This document shows, piece after piece, positions 9,382 through 19,808 of a DNA stretch of 64,000 nucleotides; the first letter of the stretch is position 1, and every line of letters starts with the position of its first letter. The translations under genes and the position numbers were made by a program. The notes beneath the pieces are model-generated. The model was not told where the DNA came from, did no database searches, and saw nothing but the letters and a program-made list of their open reading frames with translations. The stretch comes from a virus (lineage: Duplodnaviria > Caudoviricetes): IMG/VR virus record IMGVR_UViG_3300028805_000109, positions 2,478 to 66,477 of that record, one strand, 5' to 3'.

Positions 9382-11745
9382 ATGAGTTTAGCAACACCTG
9401 TTGCATTGTCAGTCAATTCATTTGATGCAACCAATTCACAATCATTTTCTTTCACTTGCACAGGTGGTAATCAAGTAGTTGCCAATAGAATTACAATTGT
9501 TAATGCAACAACTTCGACTATTGTTTATCAGAATAAAGCTACCACCTATTCATATAATCAAACAGTTCCGAGTGGAACTTTAACCAATGGTATAAGATAT
9601 TATTTTTATTTTAACACCTACGATGTAGATGATAATGTTTCAGCGAATAGTAATAAAGTGTACTTCTATTGCTATTCTCAGTCAACCATATCTTTTACTA
9701 ATATTCCTACGAGTGGAGTAATTAATTCAGCAAGTTATACATTCACAGCAACATGGAATCAAGAGCAAGATGAAACATTATCTAGTTTTCAGTTCTTATT
9801 ATATGATAACACAAGAACATTAATAGATTCAAGTAATAAATTAACAAGTTCAAATACACCACCAATTACATTTAGTCATATGTTTGATGGTTTTGACGAT
9901 GATACTACATATTATGTATCAGCAACAGCTACAAGCTCAAATGGTATTACAGTTACTACAGATTTATATCCTATCAGTATCAATAATGAATTTAGCGGAG
10001 ATTATTTCTTAATTAAAGCTACAAATAATTGTTTAGAAGGTTATAATGAAATAGTTAATAACGTACATGAAATTGATGGTACTACAGACGGAAAATTTAT
10101 AGACGATGAAAAATTATTACTTGAAGATGGAGCTACTGTAGTATGGGATAGCGGATTACAGTTTTTAAACGACTCTTTCGTATTCGTATTATGGTGGCGA
10201 CCTATATTACTAGGTAAAATAGCCAAGATAGAATCAGAAGATGGTAATACATGGTTTGATATAACATTCAAACGTGGAGTTCCAAGTAGCGGTGCTGTAA
10301 TTGCTAAAGATTATATCTTAGTTGAAGGATATTATAATAACAATCAATATGTATCAAAATTATCTAATCAAATAACTCAGATAAATAATAATACAGACGT
10401 TATTACTTATCTCAAAGTGGTTGATAATAATTTAACTGTATATTTTAACAAATTAAATGCTGTTGGAACTACATTGACTTGGAACACTCCTTATTTTGCA
10501 TGGCTGAAAAGAAGTGATTCTATAAATTATTATACATTATCCGAAACTCCTAGTAGTGGAGATACAATTTATTATTTATCTAACTCAGAATTTGACCCTA
10601 CAGCTTATACAGTAAATGTATATGATTCTACAGCGTTAACGATTACTGATAATAATACCTCAACATACGATAGAAACTCTACAGCAGATAATTCACAAGA
10701 TGGTGAAAGTAACGTAATTTATGGTACTACAAGTGGTATCGTATGGGAAGATGAGGCTAGTTCCGAAGATATTAACTATCTCTTATGGGATGGTTCTACA
10801 AATGTAGAATATAATAGGATTACTGATTTATGGTACGAGGATGAAAGTCAAGGCGGTCTTATTACTGATACTGATTGGGTATTAGAAGATTACAGTCCAA
10901 CTTATATGACGAAACTTACGTTAATGAACAGTATAGTTGATGCTGTATATATCACTAGAGATACATCTTATGAATATACATCTGAAAAGCCTACATGGGA
11001 TAATTATACTGTAATGTATTGCGAATTCCAAGGTAACGTATTGGCAGGTAACGTATCATGGGTAACAAGTAATATTACTAAGGTTAAACTGAAACGTAGA
11101 CTTAAAGGCACACAAAAATGGCTAACATTGTTAGAGAAAGATATTAACAGCGTTGACGATTTAACTATCGAATACACTGATTATCTGTGTCCTAGTGGAT
11201 ATACATTTGAGTATGCCTTAGTACCATGTACAAATGAGGAAGAATGGGATTACTCAATTACTACAGTAGATACTCAATACGATGGACTCTTCTTGATAGA
11301 TTCAGAATCGGAATGTAAAAAGTTATATGGTGGTGTAATCTATAATAGCGACACAACTATAAATGGATTGGCTACTTTACAACCATATAATAAACAATAT
11401 CCTGTAATTATCAGAAATCCTAATATCAATTATAAGCAAACAAATATTAGTGGTTATCTATTGAATGAGTCTGATTATTCTGATATAATGAGTTCTGAGG
11501 CTAAAGTTAATATGACTCTTATTCAAAAGGCATGGTCAGAATATTTAGCTAAAGGTAAATCCATTATTATTAAGGATTGGAACGGCAAGATATTGATGGT
11601 ACAGATTACTACAGCGCCAAGTTATACATATATGGAAAATACAGGTAATGCAGTACCATACATTACATTCACTACAAGTGAAATTGGTCAATATAATGAC
11701 GCTACTGATTTATATGAACAAGGATTTTTAGCGGTGGAGGCTTAA
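9382..11745 (+). CDS. Minor tail/baseplate protein with Ig/FnIII-like domains, 787 aa
   Basis: GGAGG RBS; Thr/Ser/Tyr-rich beta-strand pattern; C-terminal IIIKDWNGK motif of distal-tail-like proteins. Confidence 0.7.
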   Translation: MSLATPVALSVNSFDATNSQSFSFTCTGGNQVVANRITIVNATTSTIVYQNKATTYSYNQTVPSGTLTNGIRYYFYFNTYDVDDNVSANSNKVYFYCYSQSTISFTNIPTSGVINSASYTFTATWNQEQDETLSSFQFLLYDNTRTLIDSSNKLTSSNTPPITFSHMFDGFDDDTTYYVSATATSSNGITVTTDLYPISINNEFSGDYFLIKATNNCLEGYNEIVNNVHEIDGTTDGKFIDDEKLLLEDGATVVWDSGLQFLNDSFVFVLWWRPILLGKIAKIESEDGNTWFDITFKRGVPSSGAVIAKDYILVEGYYNNNQYVSKLSNQITQINNNTDVITYLKVVDNNLTVYFNKLNAVGTTLTWNTPYFAWLKRSDSINYYTLSETPSSGDTIYYLSNSEFDPTAYTVNVYDSTALTITDNNTSTYDRNSTADNSQDGESNVIYGTTSGIVWEDEASSEDINYLLWDGSTNVEYNRITDLWYEDESQGGLITDTDWVLEDYSPTYMTKLTLMNSIVDAVYITRDTSYEYTSEKPTWDNYTVMYCEFQGNVLAGNVSWVTSNITKVKLKRRLKGTQKWLTLLEKDINSVDDLTIEYTDYLCPSGYTFEYALVPCTNEEEWDYSITTVDTQYDGLFLIDSESECKKLYGGVIYNSDTTINGLATLQPYNKQYPVIIRNPNINYKQTNISGYLLNESDYSDIMSSEAKVNMTLIQKAWSEYLAKGKSIIIKDWNGKILMVQITTAPSYTYMENTGNAVPYITFTTSEIGQYNDATDLYEQGFLAVEA

Positions 11746-11746
11746 T

Positions 11747-13462
11747 ATGGACGTACAGATTACACAACTAGAGTATAACGCCGCCAAACAAGCAGTAAGA
11801 CAACTACATTGCAAGGTGCAATTGTTAGATACTAATTATAACGTTGTTGATGAACTAAGTGGCGTAGTAATAAGTTATTCATTTTCTATGTCTACTAGTA
11901 GTAATATCCGTAGGACAGGCACTTTATCCTTAACACCATATGGTCAAGAAGATTATTATAAAATCCAAGTTGGTTCAAAAATTTGGATGGATAAATATTT
12001 AAAAATATATATGGGAATAGAAGAAATCCATAGTGGTGAAATAGCATGGACTAATATGGGTATATATTTAATTAATAATCCATCTCATGTAATTTCGTCC
12101 ACAGATAATACCATTACTCTTGAACTTGTTGACTTAATGACTAAGTTAACAGGTTTAAGAAATGGTTATCTTGATGGGTACGCACATGAAATTCCCGAGG
12201 GAGAAGATTTAAAATCAGCTATTATAGCTATTCTTGCCAAAGGTGGGTTTACACAGTACGATATCGAATTTGAAGATGGTGATTATACCGAATGTCAATA
12301 CGATATTACTGTAGACGGAGATAAGACGTTATATGATTTATTAACGGCGATAAATGAACAGAATATCAATTATCAGATGTATTTTGATGTTGAAGGAGTA
12401 TTTCATTATAATCGTATTCCAGACAGTCAAAATGAGCCGATAATGGTTACTGATGACTTATGGGATAAAGTTTATATTTCACATCAGCAAGATACACCAT
12501 ATGATGAATTGAAAAATCATATTATTGTGTTAGGCAAAACACATGAAGTTAATAACTATTGTAATACTCTTACTGTAGATAATCCACCTACTTTAGAGGG
12601 TACGTGTTCTACTGTTACCAAAATGAGAAACCATATTAAAATAGGATTTACTACGCCTAGTGATATGACAACTATTGATAGTTCTACACAAGCATATTTT
12701 AACCTTAATGAATATGGTTCATATCCTATTAAGTACTCTAGTGGAACGTTGCCTAAAATCAATGCCGATACGTATTATGTATTAAAATCACAAAATTATA
12801 ATAAATGCTATGAAAACAATTGTATCATAAGTGGTGATGCTGATGCAACAACTTATAACTATACATTTATATCCGACACCGATAATATCGTTGGTGCTTA
12901 TATATATGCATATGATGATAAAGATGGAGCTATTATGTTTGCTACCACTGTTACAGCATTAGATACTACTAATAAGACGATTACAGTAGAATCTACGCTA
13001 GATGCTGATAATGCGATAGAAGATGTTACATATTATTTATTTTATATTTATGACGTAGATAGTGACGCATATTGGCAGTTCATGGGAGAATTACAACCTA
13101 GAGCAGAGGTTCAAGATAACAACGAAGATTCTCCGTTTTATGTAGGTGGAGATATTGGAGATATAAAAATTGTATTAAGTGGTGATGATTACGACAATAT
13201 TACCACAAGCGATTTAGCATTGGAACGTGCGCAATGGGAGTTATATACTCGTTGTAAGTTTTGGGATTCGGTCACCGTTAATTGTGTTCCTGTATATTGG
13301 CTAGATGTGAATTGGGTTGTTGAGATTACTTTACCTAATGAAGAGAAAGCACAGTATATAATTAAAAATATAGAAACAGGTGGTGGAATTACGGGTACGC
13401 AAACTATCACTATGACGAGATATTATCCTTATTACGATAGTTCTGATGACGTAGTAGAATAA
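11747..13462 (+). CDS. Tail hub/Tal-like structural protein, 571 aa
   Basis: SSNIRRTGTLSL...KYLKIYMGI...DLMTKLTGLRNG motifs of phage tail hub proteins; operon context. Confidence 0.7.
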   Translation: MDVQITQLEYNAAKQAVRQLHCKVQLLDTNYNVVDELSGVVISYSFSMSTSSNIRRTGTLSLTPYGQEDYYKIQVGSKIWMDKYLKIYMGIEEIHSGEIAWTNMGIYLINNPSHVISSTDNTITLELVDLMTKLTGLRNGYLDGYAHEIPEGEDLKSAIIAILAKGGFTQYDIEFEDGDYTECQYDITVDGDKTLYDLLTAINEQNINYQMYFDVEGVFHYNRIPDSQNEPIMVTDDLWDKVYISHQQDTPYDELKNHIIVLGKTHEVNNYCNTLTVDNPPTLEGTCSTVTKMRNHIKIGFTTPSDMTTIDSSTQAYFNLNEYGSYPIKYSSGTLPKINADTYYVLKSQNYNKCYENNCIISGDADATTYNYTFISDTDNIVGAYIYAYDDKDGAIMFATTVTALDTTNKTITVESTLDADNAIEDVTYYLFYIYDVDSDAYWQFMGELQPRAEVQDNNEDSPFYVGGDIGDIKIVLSGDDYDNITTSDLALERAQWELYTRCKFWDSVTVNCVPVYWLDVNWVVEITLPNEEKAQYIIKNIETGGGITGTQTITMTRYYPYYDSSDDVVE

Positions 13463-13479
13463 CAGAAAGGAAATAATAT

Positions 13480-14055
13480 ATGGCAACTACAAGAGTTTTG
13501 CTTAAATTTACTGATGACGATAATTATTATCGCTGTGAGGTACAGAGAATGTCAGAACATATGATTAAGGTTATTGGACTAATTCAAGACCTTAGTGGAT
13601 TTCAGATATTCTCTGATTCATTAGTAATGATTGGTGATTATTCCGCATACACTTATGAATACGCTAATCCTTATCTCGATTCAAACACATATGAATACAC
13701 AGATAATGGAGCAGAATATCCTAGCGAGGGAGCGGATAAATCGCAGAAAGAACAGATAAAAGAAGAGTTAGAGGCTTATACAGATACTCTAATCTCTAAA
13801 GCAAAAAAGACATTAAACGACACAGTTACGGAAGTACAGACTGAAATTAATAAGTCTATTACTGAATTAAATGAGTCAGCAACTACTCAAATTGATGAAA
13901 TACAAGCTAGTTTGCTAGAAGTATATGAAGCAGTTATGGAGTTAGTAGATACTATTAATGCAACAGTTAACACAGATACAGAAACAGAAACTACTGATAC
14001 TGAAACAACAGATACTAGTACAGGAACAGATACAGAAACGGAAACAGCTGTTTAA
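13480..14055 (+). CDS. Hypothetical protein with coiled coil and T/E/D-rich tail
   Basis: AAAGGA RBS; C-terminal TDTETET low-complexity repeats. Confidence 0.7.
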   Translation: MATTRVLLKFTDDDNYYRCEVQRMSEHMIKVIGLIQDLSGFQIFSDSLVMIGDYSAYTYEYANPYLDSNTYEYTDNGAEYPSEGADKSQKEQIKEELEAYTDTLISKAKKTLNDTVTEVQTEINKSITELNESATTQIDEIQASLLEVYEAVMELVDTINATVNTDTETETTDTETTDTSTGTDTETETAV

Positions 14056-14083
14056 TTTTTAATAAAAAAAAGGAAGGTACAAA

Positions 14084-14257
14084 ATGGTGACATTCGTGAT
14101 TACATCAATCGCAAAAATTTACGCAAGACAGATTTATAAAGGCAACAAGACTATTGCTGACGTTAAGCCAGAGTCTTTTCAAGATGTAGTAAGAGAAGCA
14201 TATCTTGAACTGTATGGAGTTCCTTGTCCAGAAGTTGAAACAGACGAAGAGGAATAA
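14084..14257 (+). CDS. Small XkdX/CD1375-like protein, 57 aa (missing from the ORF track)
   Basis: MVTFVITSIAKIYARQIYKGNKTIADVKPESFQDVVREAYLELYGVPCPEVETDEEE; AGGAAGG RBS; typical position between tail and lysis genes. Confidence 0.7.
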   Translation: MVTFVITSIAKIYARQIYKGNKTIADVKPESFQDVVREAYLELYGVPCPEVETDEEE

Positions 14258-14260
14258 TAT

Positions 14261-14719
14261 ATGATAGCAGAAAGTCCGAGGGATTATAAAGAGCCTAAAT
14301 TTCAGTATTCAAAAATTTTACCGATAATTTCTTTGGTACTTTTCTGTATAGTTCTTGCCAAAACTATGTGTGTTGATTATACCGATTATTTTGATACCGC
14401 TGTTTACGTGTCAGCAGTCACCGTAAGTGGCGGTATTTTCGGTATGATTGTAAAATCATATAATTCAAAAGCAAAAGCTGAAAATGTATCAAGAATTCAA
14501 CAAGCTATGTATCATGATACAATGAAAACAAGATTATGGTATAATGAGCAAATGTGTAAGATTAAAAAAGAATACGGATTAACTGATTCTGATATTCAAG
14601 AGATAGAAGATAAATCTCCTATAGACGATATATCAGAAGAACAAGTAAATGAAATGAAACAGACATTAGACAATTTCGCATCTGATTCTAAAGAAGAAGA
14701 TGACGTTCAATATTTTTAA
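14261..14719 (+). CDS. Two-TM membrane protein (holin-associated)
   Basis: Two hydrophobic segments followed by a charged tail; lysis-cassette context. Confidence 0.6.
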   Translation: MIAESPRDYKEPKFQYSKILPIISLVLFCIVLAKTMCVDYTDYFDTAVYVSAVTVSGGIFGMIVKSYNSKAKAENVSRIQQAMYHDTMKTRLWYNEQMCKIKKEYGLTDSDIQEIEDKSPIDDISEEQVNEMKQTLDNFASDSKEEDDVQYF

Positions 14720-14738
14720 ATATACGGAGGATATAAAT

Positions 14739-15080
14739 ATGGATAAGATTAAAACATTTATTTCAGAACACAAGGCACAGATTGTTACTGTAATTACAGG
14801 TATTGTTTCACTGCTAGTGGCTATCAACACTAATATCGCTACAAGCACAAAGGTAGGATTAGGAATTACATTTATTACGGTTGCACTTTCAATCTTGCTT
14901 ACTGTTCTTAAAAACGGATTTACAGACGAAACAATTGACTTAATCGTAAAGGCAATTCAGATTATACAGGAGATTATTGCCACAAATACTACAGAGAAAA
15001 CTACAGAAGTAGTATCAGCAAAGAAAGTTACTAAGCTCACAGCAGAAGAAATTAAGGAAAGACTTATTACAAAGGACTGA
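14739..15080 (+). CDS. Putative holin
   Basis: GGAGG RBS before MDKIKTF; two TM helices; charged C-terminus; directly upstream of the hydrolases. Confidence 0.6.
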   Translation: MDKIKTFISEHKAQIVTVITGIVSLLVAINTNIATSTKVGLGITFITVALSILLTVLKNGFTDETIDLIVKAIQIIQEIIATNTTEKTTEVVSAKKVTKLTAEEIKERLITKD

Positions 15081-15087
15081 TAAATTA

Positions 15088-15966
15088 ATGGACGCAAAAA
15101 CATTTAAAAGTGGATTAAGAAAACAGCCAAAAGATAAACGAGATTGGAAATTAGAAAGCCTTATACCTATGGGAGCTATTCAGTTACCTAAAGAATACGC
15201 TCCCGATAGAACGGACGTTCCTGTATTTGACCAAGGCGATAGTTCTGAATGTTGTGCGTGCGCATACTCAACTATTAGATTTATCCAAGAACAGAAACAG
15301 AGTGGTTTAACCGAACCATTCGCCCCATCTTTTACCTATGCAAATAGAGCTAAAGGTGAAGATTACGAGGGGATGCTGTTGCGCAATTGTTGCAAGCAAG
15401 GTAGATACGGCTCTGTATTATGGCGTGAAATGCCGTTCTTTGGTTCTTTATCAAAATGTCAGAAGTATTTTAACTTACATAAAACAGACTTGCTTAATAA
15501 AGCTGAAAATTATAAAATAGATAGCTTTTATGTAGCAAAGACCGATGAACAGATTAAGACAGCAGTTTATTTAACAGGTGCAGTTTTAATTGGTGTAGAG
15601 TGTCAAGACAGTATTTTCTCACCCGATAAAGATAATATAGTTAAATATATTCCTAATGGTAAGAGCTATGGGGGTCATGCTTTGACGGTCATTGGTTTTA
15701 AGTATATCAATGGTGTAGAACATTGGATTATTAGAAACTCATGGGGCGAGAGCTATGGCGATAAAGGTAATTTCTATATCTCATTTGATGATTTAAGAAA
15801 GATTCTCATGGATGATGCTTATGTACTTGTAGATTCTGATACTAAATATATCTTTGAGGAATATAAACAGAAATTTTATGATACTAAATCATCAAATAAG
15901 ACAATAAAGGAGATGATAGTATCATGGCTACACAAACTCAATTTATTAAGGAAATTGGAACTTTAA
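15088..15966 (+). CDS. Papain-like (C1) cysteine peptidase
   Basis: PVFDQG..SECCACA (oxyanion Q plus catalytic C), GGHAL (His) and IRNSWG (Asn). Confidence 0.88.
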   Translation: MDAKTFKSGLRKQPKDKRDWKLESLIPMGAIQLPKEYAPDRTDVPVFDQGDSSECCACAYSTIRFIQEQKQSGLTEPFAPSFTYANRAKGEDYEGMLLRNCCKQGRYGSVLWREMPFFGSLSKCQKYFNLHKTDLLNKAENYKIDSFYVAKTDEQIKTAVYLTGAVLIGVECQDSIFSPDKDNIVKYIPNGKSYGGHALTVIGFKYINGVEHWIIRNSWGESYGDKGNFYISFDDLRKILMDDAYVLVDSDTKYIFEEYKQKFYDTKSSNKTIKEMIVSWLHKLNLLRKLEL

Positions 15967-16628
15967 TACAGAAATATATTAAAATATATGAATATCCATA
16001 TGCTAGTCCAATTATAGCGCAAGCGTGTTTAGAGAGTGCTTATGGAACTAGTGAACTTGCTACTAATGCTCATAATTATTTCGGTATTAAATATACTACA
16101 TCTACAAGAGTACCTAGCGCAAGTGGATATTATTACAAAGTTGGCTCAGAGCAAAACGCAGATGGTAGTTACACTAGCTCGACTATGAAGTGGTGTAAAT
16201 TCGATTCTATGGAAGATTGCGTAAAGGGTTACTTTGAATTTCTTAAAAATGGATATGGCAGATATGACAACTTAAAATCAGCTACAAGTCCTAAGAATTA
16301 TTTAGAACTAATTAAAGCTGATGGATATGCGACAAGTTTATCATACGTCAATAATAATTATAAAGTAATCACAGAAAATAATTTAACTACATATGATACA
16401 GCTAAGACTACTTATTATGTTGTAAATTGTGGTTCATATTCTGTATATCGTAATGCAATTGAATTACAAGCTGAATTAACTCATAATTATATTGGTGCTT
16501 ATATCCGCAAGGTAGATAACTTATATAAGGTGCGTGTTGGAAAATATAATAGTAAATCGGTAGCAGAATCAAAAATGAAAGAAATCAAGGCTAAAGGTTT
16601 CGATTGTTTTGTTACTGAATATAATTGA
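15924..16628 (+). CDS. Endolysin: glucosaminidase (GH73-like) plus SPOR domain
   Basis: IIAQACLESAYG, AHNYFGIK, GYATSLSY; C-terminal VNCGSYS...YKVRVGKY SPOR pattern. Confidence 0.88.
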   Translation: MATQTQFIKEIGTLIQKYIKIYEYPYASPIIAQACLESAYGTSELATNAHNYFGIKYTTSTRVPSASGYYYKVGSEQNADGSYTSSTMKWCKFDSMEDCVKGYFEFLKNGYGRYDNLKSATSPKNYLELIKADGYATSLSYVNNNYKVITENNLTTYDTAKTTYYVVNCGSYSVYRNAIELQAELTHNYIGAYIRKVDNLYKVRVGKYNSKSVAESKMKEIKAKGFDCFVTEYN

Positions 16629-16719
16629 TTTTTGACGTTTTAGGCAGTTATTTTTATGTTTATGGTAAATTGGTCATAAAATAAATTTAACCGCCTAGAA
16701 ACTCAAAATTCGCAGAAAT
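16628..16719. repeat. Dispersed hairpin element, copy B
   Basis: TTTTGACGTTTTAGGC...ATGGTAAATTGG...GCCTAGAAACTCAAAATTCGCAGAAAT. Confidence 0.75.
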
Positions 16720-16741
16720 TTTAATATACTTGGAGGTAAAT

Positions 16742-17269
16742 ATGGCAAGTATAAACATACACGGTGGTCACAATCCAAAAGGCAAAGTTGCTTGCGGTGC
16801 TGTCGGACTACTTGATGAATCAGAACAAGATAGAATTATTAAAGATAAGGTAATGACCATACTTAAAGCTAAAGGTCATACTGTATATGATTGTACTGTC
16901 GATAACGGCGTATCTCAGTCGGATGTATTAAAGAAAATAGTTACTAAATGTAATGCACATACTGTTGATTTAGATGTATCTATTCACTTTAATGCTAGTA
17001 ATGGTAGTGGAAATGGAACTGAGGTGTGGGTATATTCTACTGCTAGTAAAGCATTGACAGCGGCTAAAAATATCGTTAATTCTATTGCATCATTAGGATT
17101 TAAAAATAGAGGGGTTAAATATTCTAAGAGCTTATACGTATTAAAGAATACTAAATCTCCTGCTCTGTTAATTGAATGTTGCTTTGTAGACTCAGAAGTG
17201 GATTATAATAAATATGACGCTGATAAAATGGCTACAGCTATAGCTAATGCAATTATCAAGAGCTTATAA
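16742..17269 (+). CDS. N-acetylmuramoyl-L-alanine amidase (Amidase_3), catalytic domain only
   Basis: HGGH...E zinc ligands, VSIHFNA, LLIECCFVD. Confidence 0.9.
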   Translation: MASINIHGGHNPKGKVACGAVGLLDESEQDRIIKDKVMTILKAKGHTVYDCTVDNGVSQSDVLKKIVTKCNAHTVDLDVSIHFNASNGSGNGTEVWVYSTASKALTAAKNIVNSIASLGFKNRGVKYSKSLYVLKNTKSPALLIECCFVDSEVDYNKYDADKMATAIANAIIKSL

Positions 17270-17299
17270 TATATTTAAATAAATCATAATGAAATAATA

Positions 17300-17340
17300 T
17301 AAAGGGATATAAGATTGATTTCTTATATCCCTTTTTTTGT
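17300..17340. terminator. Bidirectional intrinsic terminator between the late (+) and replication (-) blocks
   Basis: AAGGGATATAAG...CTTATATCCCTT followed by a T-run. Confidence 0.85.
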
Positions 17341-17904
17341 TTAATTCTCTTCTATTATCTTTCTACACTTTTCAACAGCCATTTTAATTATGTCACCATA
17401 ATCGGCTACACGTTTTATATCTACTACTTTAAGTGCTTCTTCTTTACTCATAGGAGTCCATCTAGTTGAAATCCAACTTCTATCATCATTTATATCATAT
17501 GTCCTATAAATAGAGCTTGTAATAAGACTCAAAGATAGTTTAGTATCACCATATAAGTCGTTTAGTGTTAGATTATATGTTTTGCCGTTGTATTTAATTT
17601 GTAAATCCACTGTACCTATAAACCAATCTTTAAATACTCTTACGCCACCTATAAGTGTATAATAATCACTAAATTCACCACACTGAGAAAAGATATAATG
17701 ATTAATACCATTTATAGCGGATATTATATCGTCCATATCATTATCAAAGTAGCCATAGCGGTCACTGTTTTCCATACGCACTCTGTCATGAGTATAGTGG
17801 ATATGTGGTATGTCGCCATATAAAACAGCTACAATATCACCGTTATAAGAGTTGCTAGTATTCCAAGGATATTTCTTTAATAACTCTTCTTTAGTTAATC
17901 TCAT
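17341..17904 (-). CDS. Hypothetical protein, 187 aa
   Basis: AGGAGG RBS and its own promoter. Confidence 0.75.
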   Translation of the reverse strand: MRLTKEELLKKYPWNTSNSYNGDIVAVLYGDIPHIHYTHDRVRMENSDRYGYFDNDMDDIISAINGINHYIFSQCGEFSDYYTLIGGVRVFKDWFIGTVDLQIKYNGKTYNLTLNDLYGDTKLSLSLITSSIYRTYDINDDRSWISTRWTPMSKEEALKVVDIKRVADYGDIIKMAVEKCRKIIEEN

Positions 17905-17917
17905 AGTTCCTCCTAAA

Positions 17918-17974
17918 AAAATAAGACTGTTTTAACTTAGATATATAATATCATAAATCAAAACAGTCAGTCAA
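17918..17974 (-). promoter_or_regulatory. SigmaA promoter overlapping a terminator-like hairpin
   Basis: TTGACT-18-TATTAT; the GACTGTTTT/AAAACAGTC arms enclose the -10. Confidence 0.6.
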
Positions 17975-17982
17975 GGGTTATT

Positions 17983-18267
17983 TTAAAACTTACCTTCTTT
18001 TGTATCTAGTACACTGATAATCATTACTTTTGTAGAAGGGAATTTATCTTTAATCTCTTGGTATGTTAATTTTGTATCGCTTTCTGTAGAATAAAACTCC
18101 ACTTTACTAGTTGGCGATTTACCCAAAATAGTATATATATAACGTTTTGTCGATTCGTCCGTATCTCTTATTACTTTATTTGCAGACCTTATATCCGCAA
18201 TCATCATTATGACACATATTATTATAAGCAATAAGATTACAAGAGGTACTATTATTATATCTGTCAT
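17983..18267 (-). CDS. Small membrane-anchored protein
   Basis: N-terminal TM segment; ATGA coupling to dut. Confidence 0.65.
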   Translation of the reverse strand: MTDIIIVPLVILLLIIICVIMMIADIRSANKVIRDTDESTKRYIYTILGKSPTSKVEFYSTESDTKLTYQEIKDKFPSTKVMIISVLDTKEGKF

Positions 18268-18713
18268 TTTCCGCTACTGCCAAATCCTCCCGTTCTTTTA
18301 TCTGATAGAACTATATCGTTATCAACTGTCAGATACTTAGTAAAGACACCTTGTCCTATTCTATCGCCTATATGAACAGTTTGTACCTCATTGGATATAT
18401 TCTTTAAAAAGAATCCGATATTGCCCTCGTTGGACTCATTTCCATAGTATGTCGAGTCAATAACCCCAATCGTGTTAGCCAACATGAATTTTCCACCCAT
18501 ACTTGAACGAACATCAAGTAACAATACCTCATCTTCTCCCATATAAGCCTTTATGTCAGTCCATATCTTAACAATCTCATTAGGTTGAATTTCTTTATCG
18601 ATAGTACAGTAAAAATCATAACCTGCTGACCCTCTATCTGCTCTTGTTGGTAAATGAATTTCTACATCTGTCTTTCTTTTGTTAACTACTTCAAATCCAC
18701 GTAATTCTAACAT
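18264..18713 (-). CDS. dut: Trimeric dUTPase
   Basis: Motifs SAGYDF, RSS, GVIDSTY, GDRIGQG, RTGGFGSSG. Confidence 0.95.
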   Translation of the reverse strand: MLELRGFEVVNKRKTDVEIHLPTRADRGSAGYDFYCTIDKEIQPNEIVKIWTDIKAYMGEDEVLLLDVRSSMGGKFMLANTIGVIDSTYYGNESNEGNIGFFLKNISNEVQTVHIGDRIGQGVFTKYLTVDNDIVLSDKRTGGFGSSGK

Positions 18714-18716
18714 ACC

Positions 18717-19292
18717 TTACCTCGTCTTATTCCATATTTTAATATCGTGATATATATGATTTAAAGTCGAACCTATATCACCATTGTTATCTATTTTGAA
18801 ATTACAATACTTAGCAACTTCACTCTCTCTAAAATCGTAATTATCTGCTTTTAATCTACGTTCCCATTCCTCATTATCAAATCCACCACGCTTTTTAGCT
18901 CTTTCAGTACGATTATATTTACTTGCTGAGATATAAAATACTATACAGTTTTCAGCACCATAATAATCCTTTAAAGCTCTTACGCCTTGTAAATCAGAAA
19001 TGGTTACGTATTTATTGTTGAATAAATCTATTTCAGATTTACCTAATCCATAATACCATTTACCATCTACCGTATCATATTCTCGATATTCTACAAATCC
19101 ATCGTTCTTAATAAGATTAAGGAAAGTAGCACGTTTAATAAAATGGTAATCAACGTGATTTTTTTCGTTTGGTCGCATAGGTCGAGTTGTATAAGATACA
19201 GCGACTTTATATCCGTTTTTCTTTAAGTTGTTAAGAATAGCATTTTTCCCACAGGCAGATTTACCACATAATATTACGATTTTGTTTTTCAT
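18717..19292 (-). CDS. gmk: Guanylate kinase-like protein
   Basis: GKSACGKN P-loop; SYTTRPMRPNEKNHVDYHF GMP-binding motif. Confidence 0.9.
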   Translation of the reverse strand: MKNKIVILCGKSACGKNAILNNLKKNGYKVAVSYTTRPMRPNEKNHVDYHFIKRATFLNLIKNDGFVEYREYDTVDGKWYYGLGKSEIDLFNNKYVTISDLQGVRALKDYYGAENCIVFYISASKYNRTERAKKRGGFDNEEWERRLKADNYDFRESEVAKYCNFKIDNNGDIGSTLNHIYHDIKIWNKTR

Positions 19293-19449
19293 TAATATTA
19301 TTCCTCCTATCAGTAGTATTGTCGTATTCCATTTCCATAACTAACCTCTGATGCCTAATATAAGGATTATTTCTACCACGCTTTTCATATGCATCTATCT
19401 GCCAATCTTGCGTTCCTCTTGACATATTATTACCATACATTACACACAC
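19261..19449 (-). CDS. Hypothetical protein, 62 aa
   Basis: AGGTAGG RBS; fills the gap between neighbours; 32-nt overlap with gmk. Confidence 0.45.
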   Translation of the reverse strand: MCVMYGNNMSRGTQDWQIDAYEKRGRNNPYIRHQRLVMEMEYDNTTDRRNNINEKQNRNIMW

Positions 19450-19461
19450 CTACCTTTATTT

Positions 19462-19806
19462 TTAATCGTTAAGTTCATCGATTTTATCTATAGCGTAATC
19501 AATCAATGATTTAACATCTTCTTTAGCCACTTCTACATTGTCATACGTAACTACGCTTGCAACCATCATTTCTTTAACAGTTTCACTTGTCGGTGTAAGA
19601 GTTGCGATAATAAGAGATATTGCTCCAATTGTTACCAACTTTTTAATTGGATAGTTTTTTCTATCATCTTCACTCCCCATATCGTCAATAAGATACAAAC
19701 ATAATGCTATCATCCAACCAAATATAACTATTATTACTGTAAGTGCCTTAACATCATCACATAAACCCATAAAGTAAAACCATATAGGATTAATATAATA
19801 TTTCAT
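19462..19806 (-). CDS. Two-TM membrane protein
   Basis: GGAGG RBS before MKYYINPIWFY; two hydrophobic helices. Confidence 0.75.
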   Translation of the reverse strand: MKYYINPIWFYFMGLCDDVKALTVIIVIFGWMIALCLYLIDDMGSEDDRKNYPIKKLVTIGAISLIIATLTPTSETVKEMMVASVVTYDNVEVAKEDVKSLIDYAIDKIDELND

Positions 19807-19808
19807 TT

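Noticed and set aside
645-13410. Antisense or alternate-frame ORFs (645, 3095, 6010, 6430, 7732, 8080, 10041, 12556, 13189 and similar ones elsewhere)
   Set aside because: Shadows of long, well-supported genes, with no RBS and no recognisable motifs.
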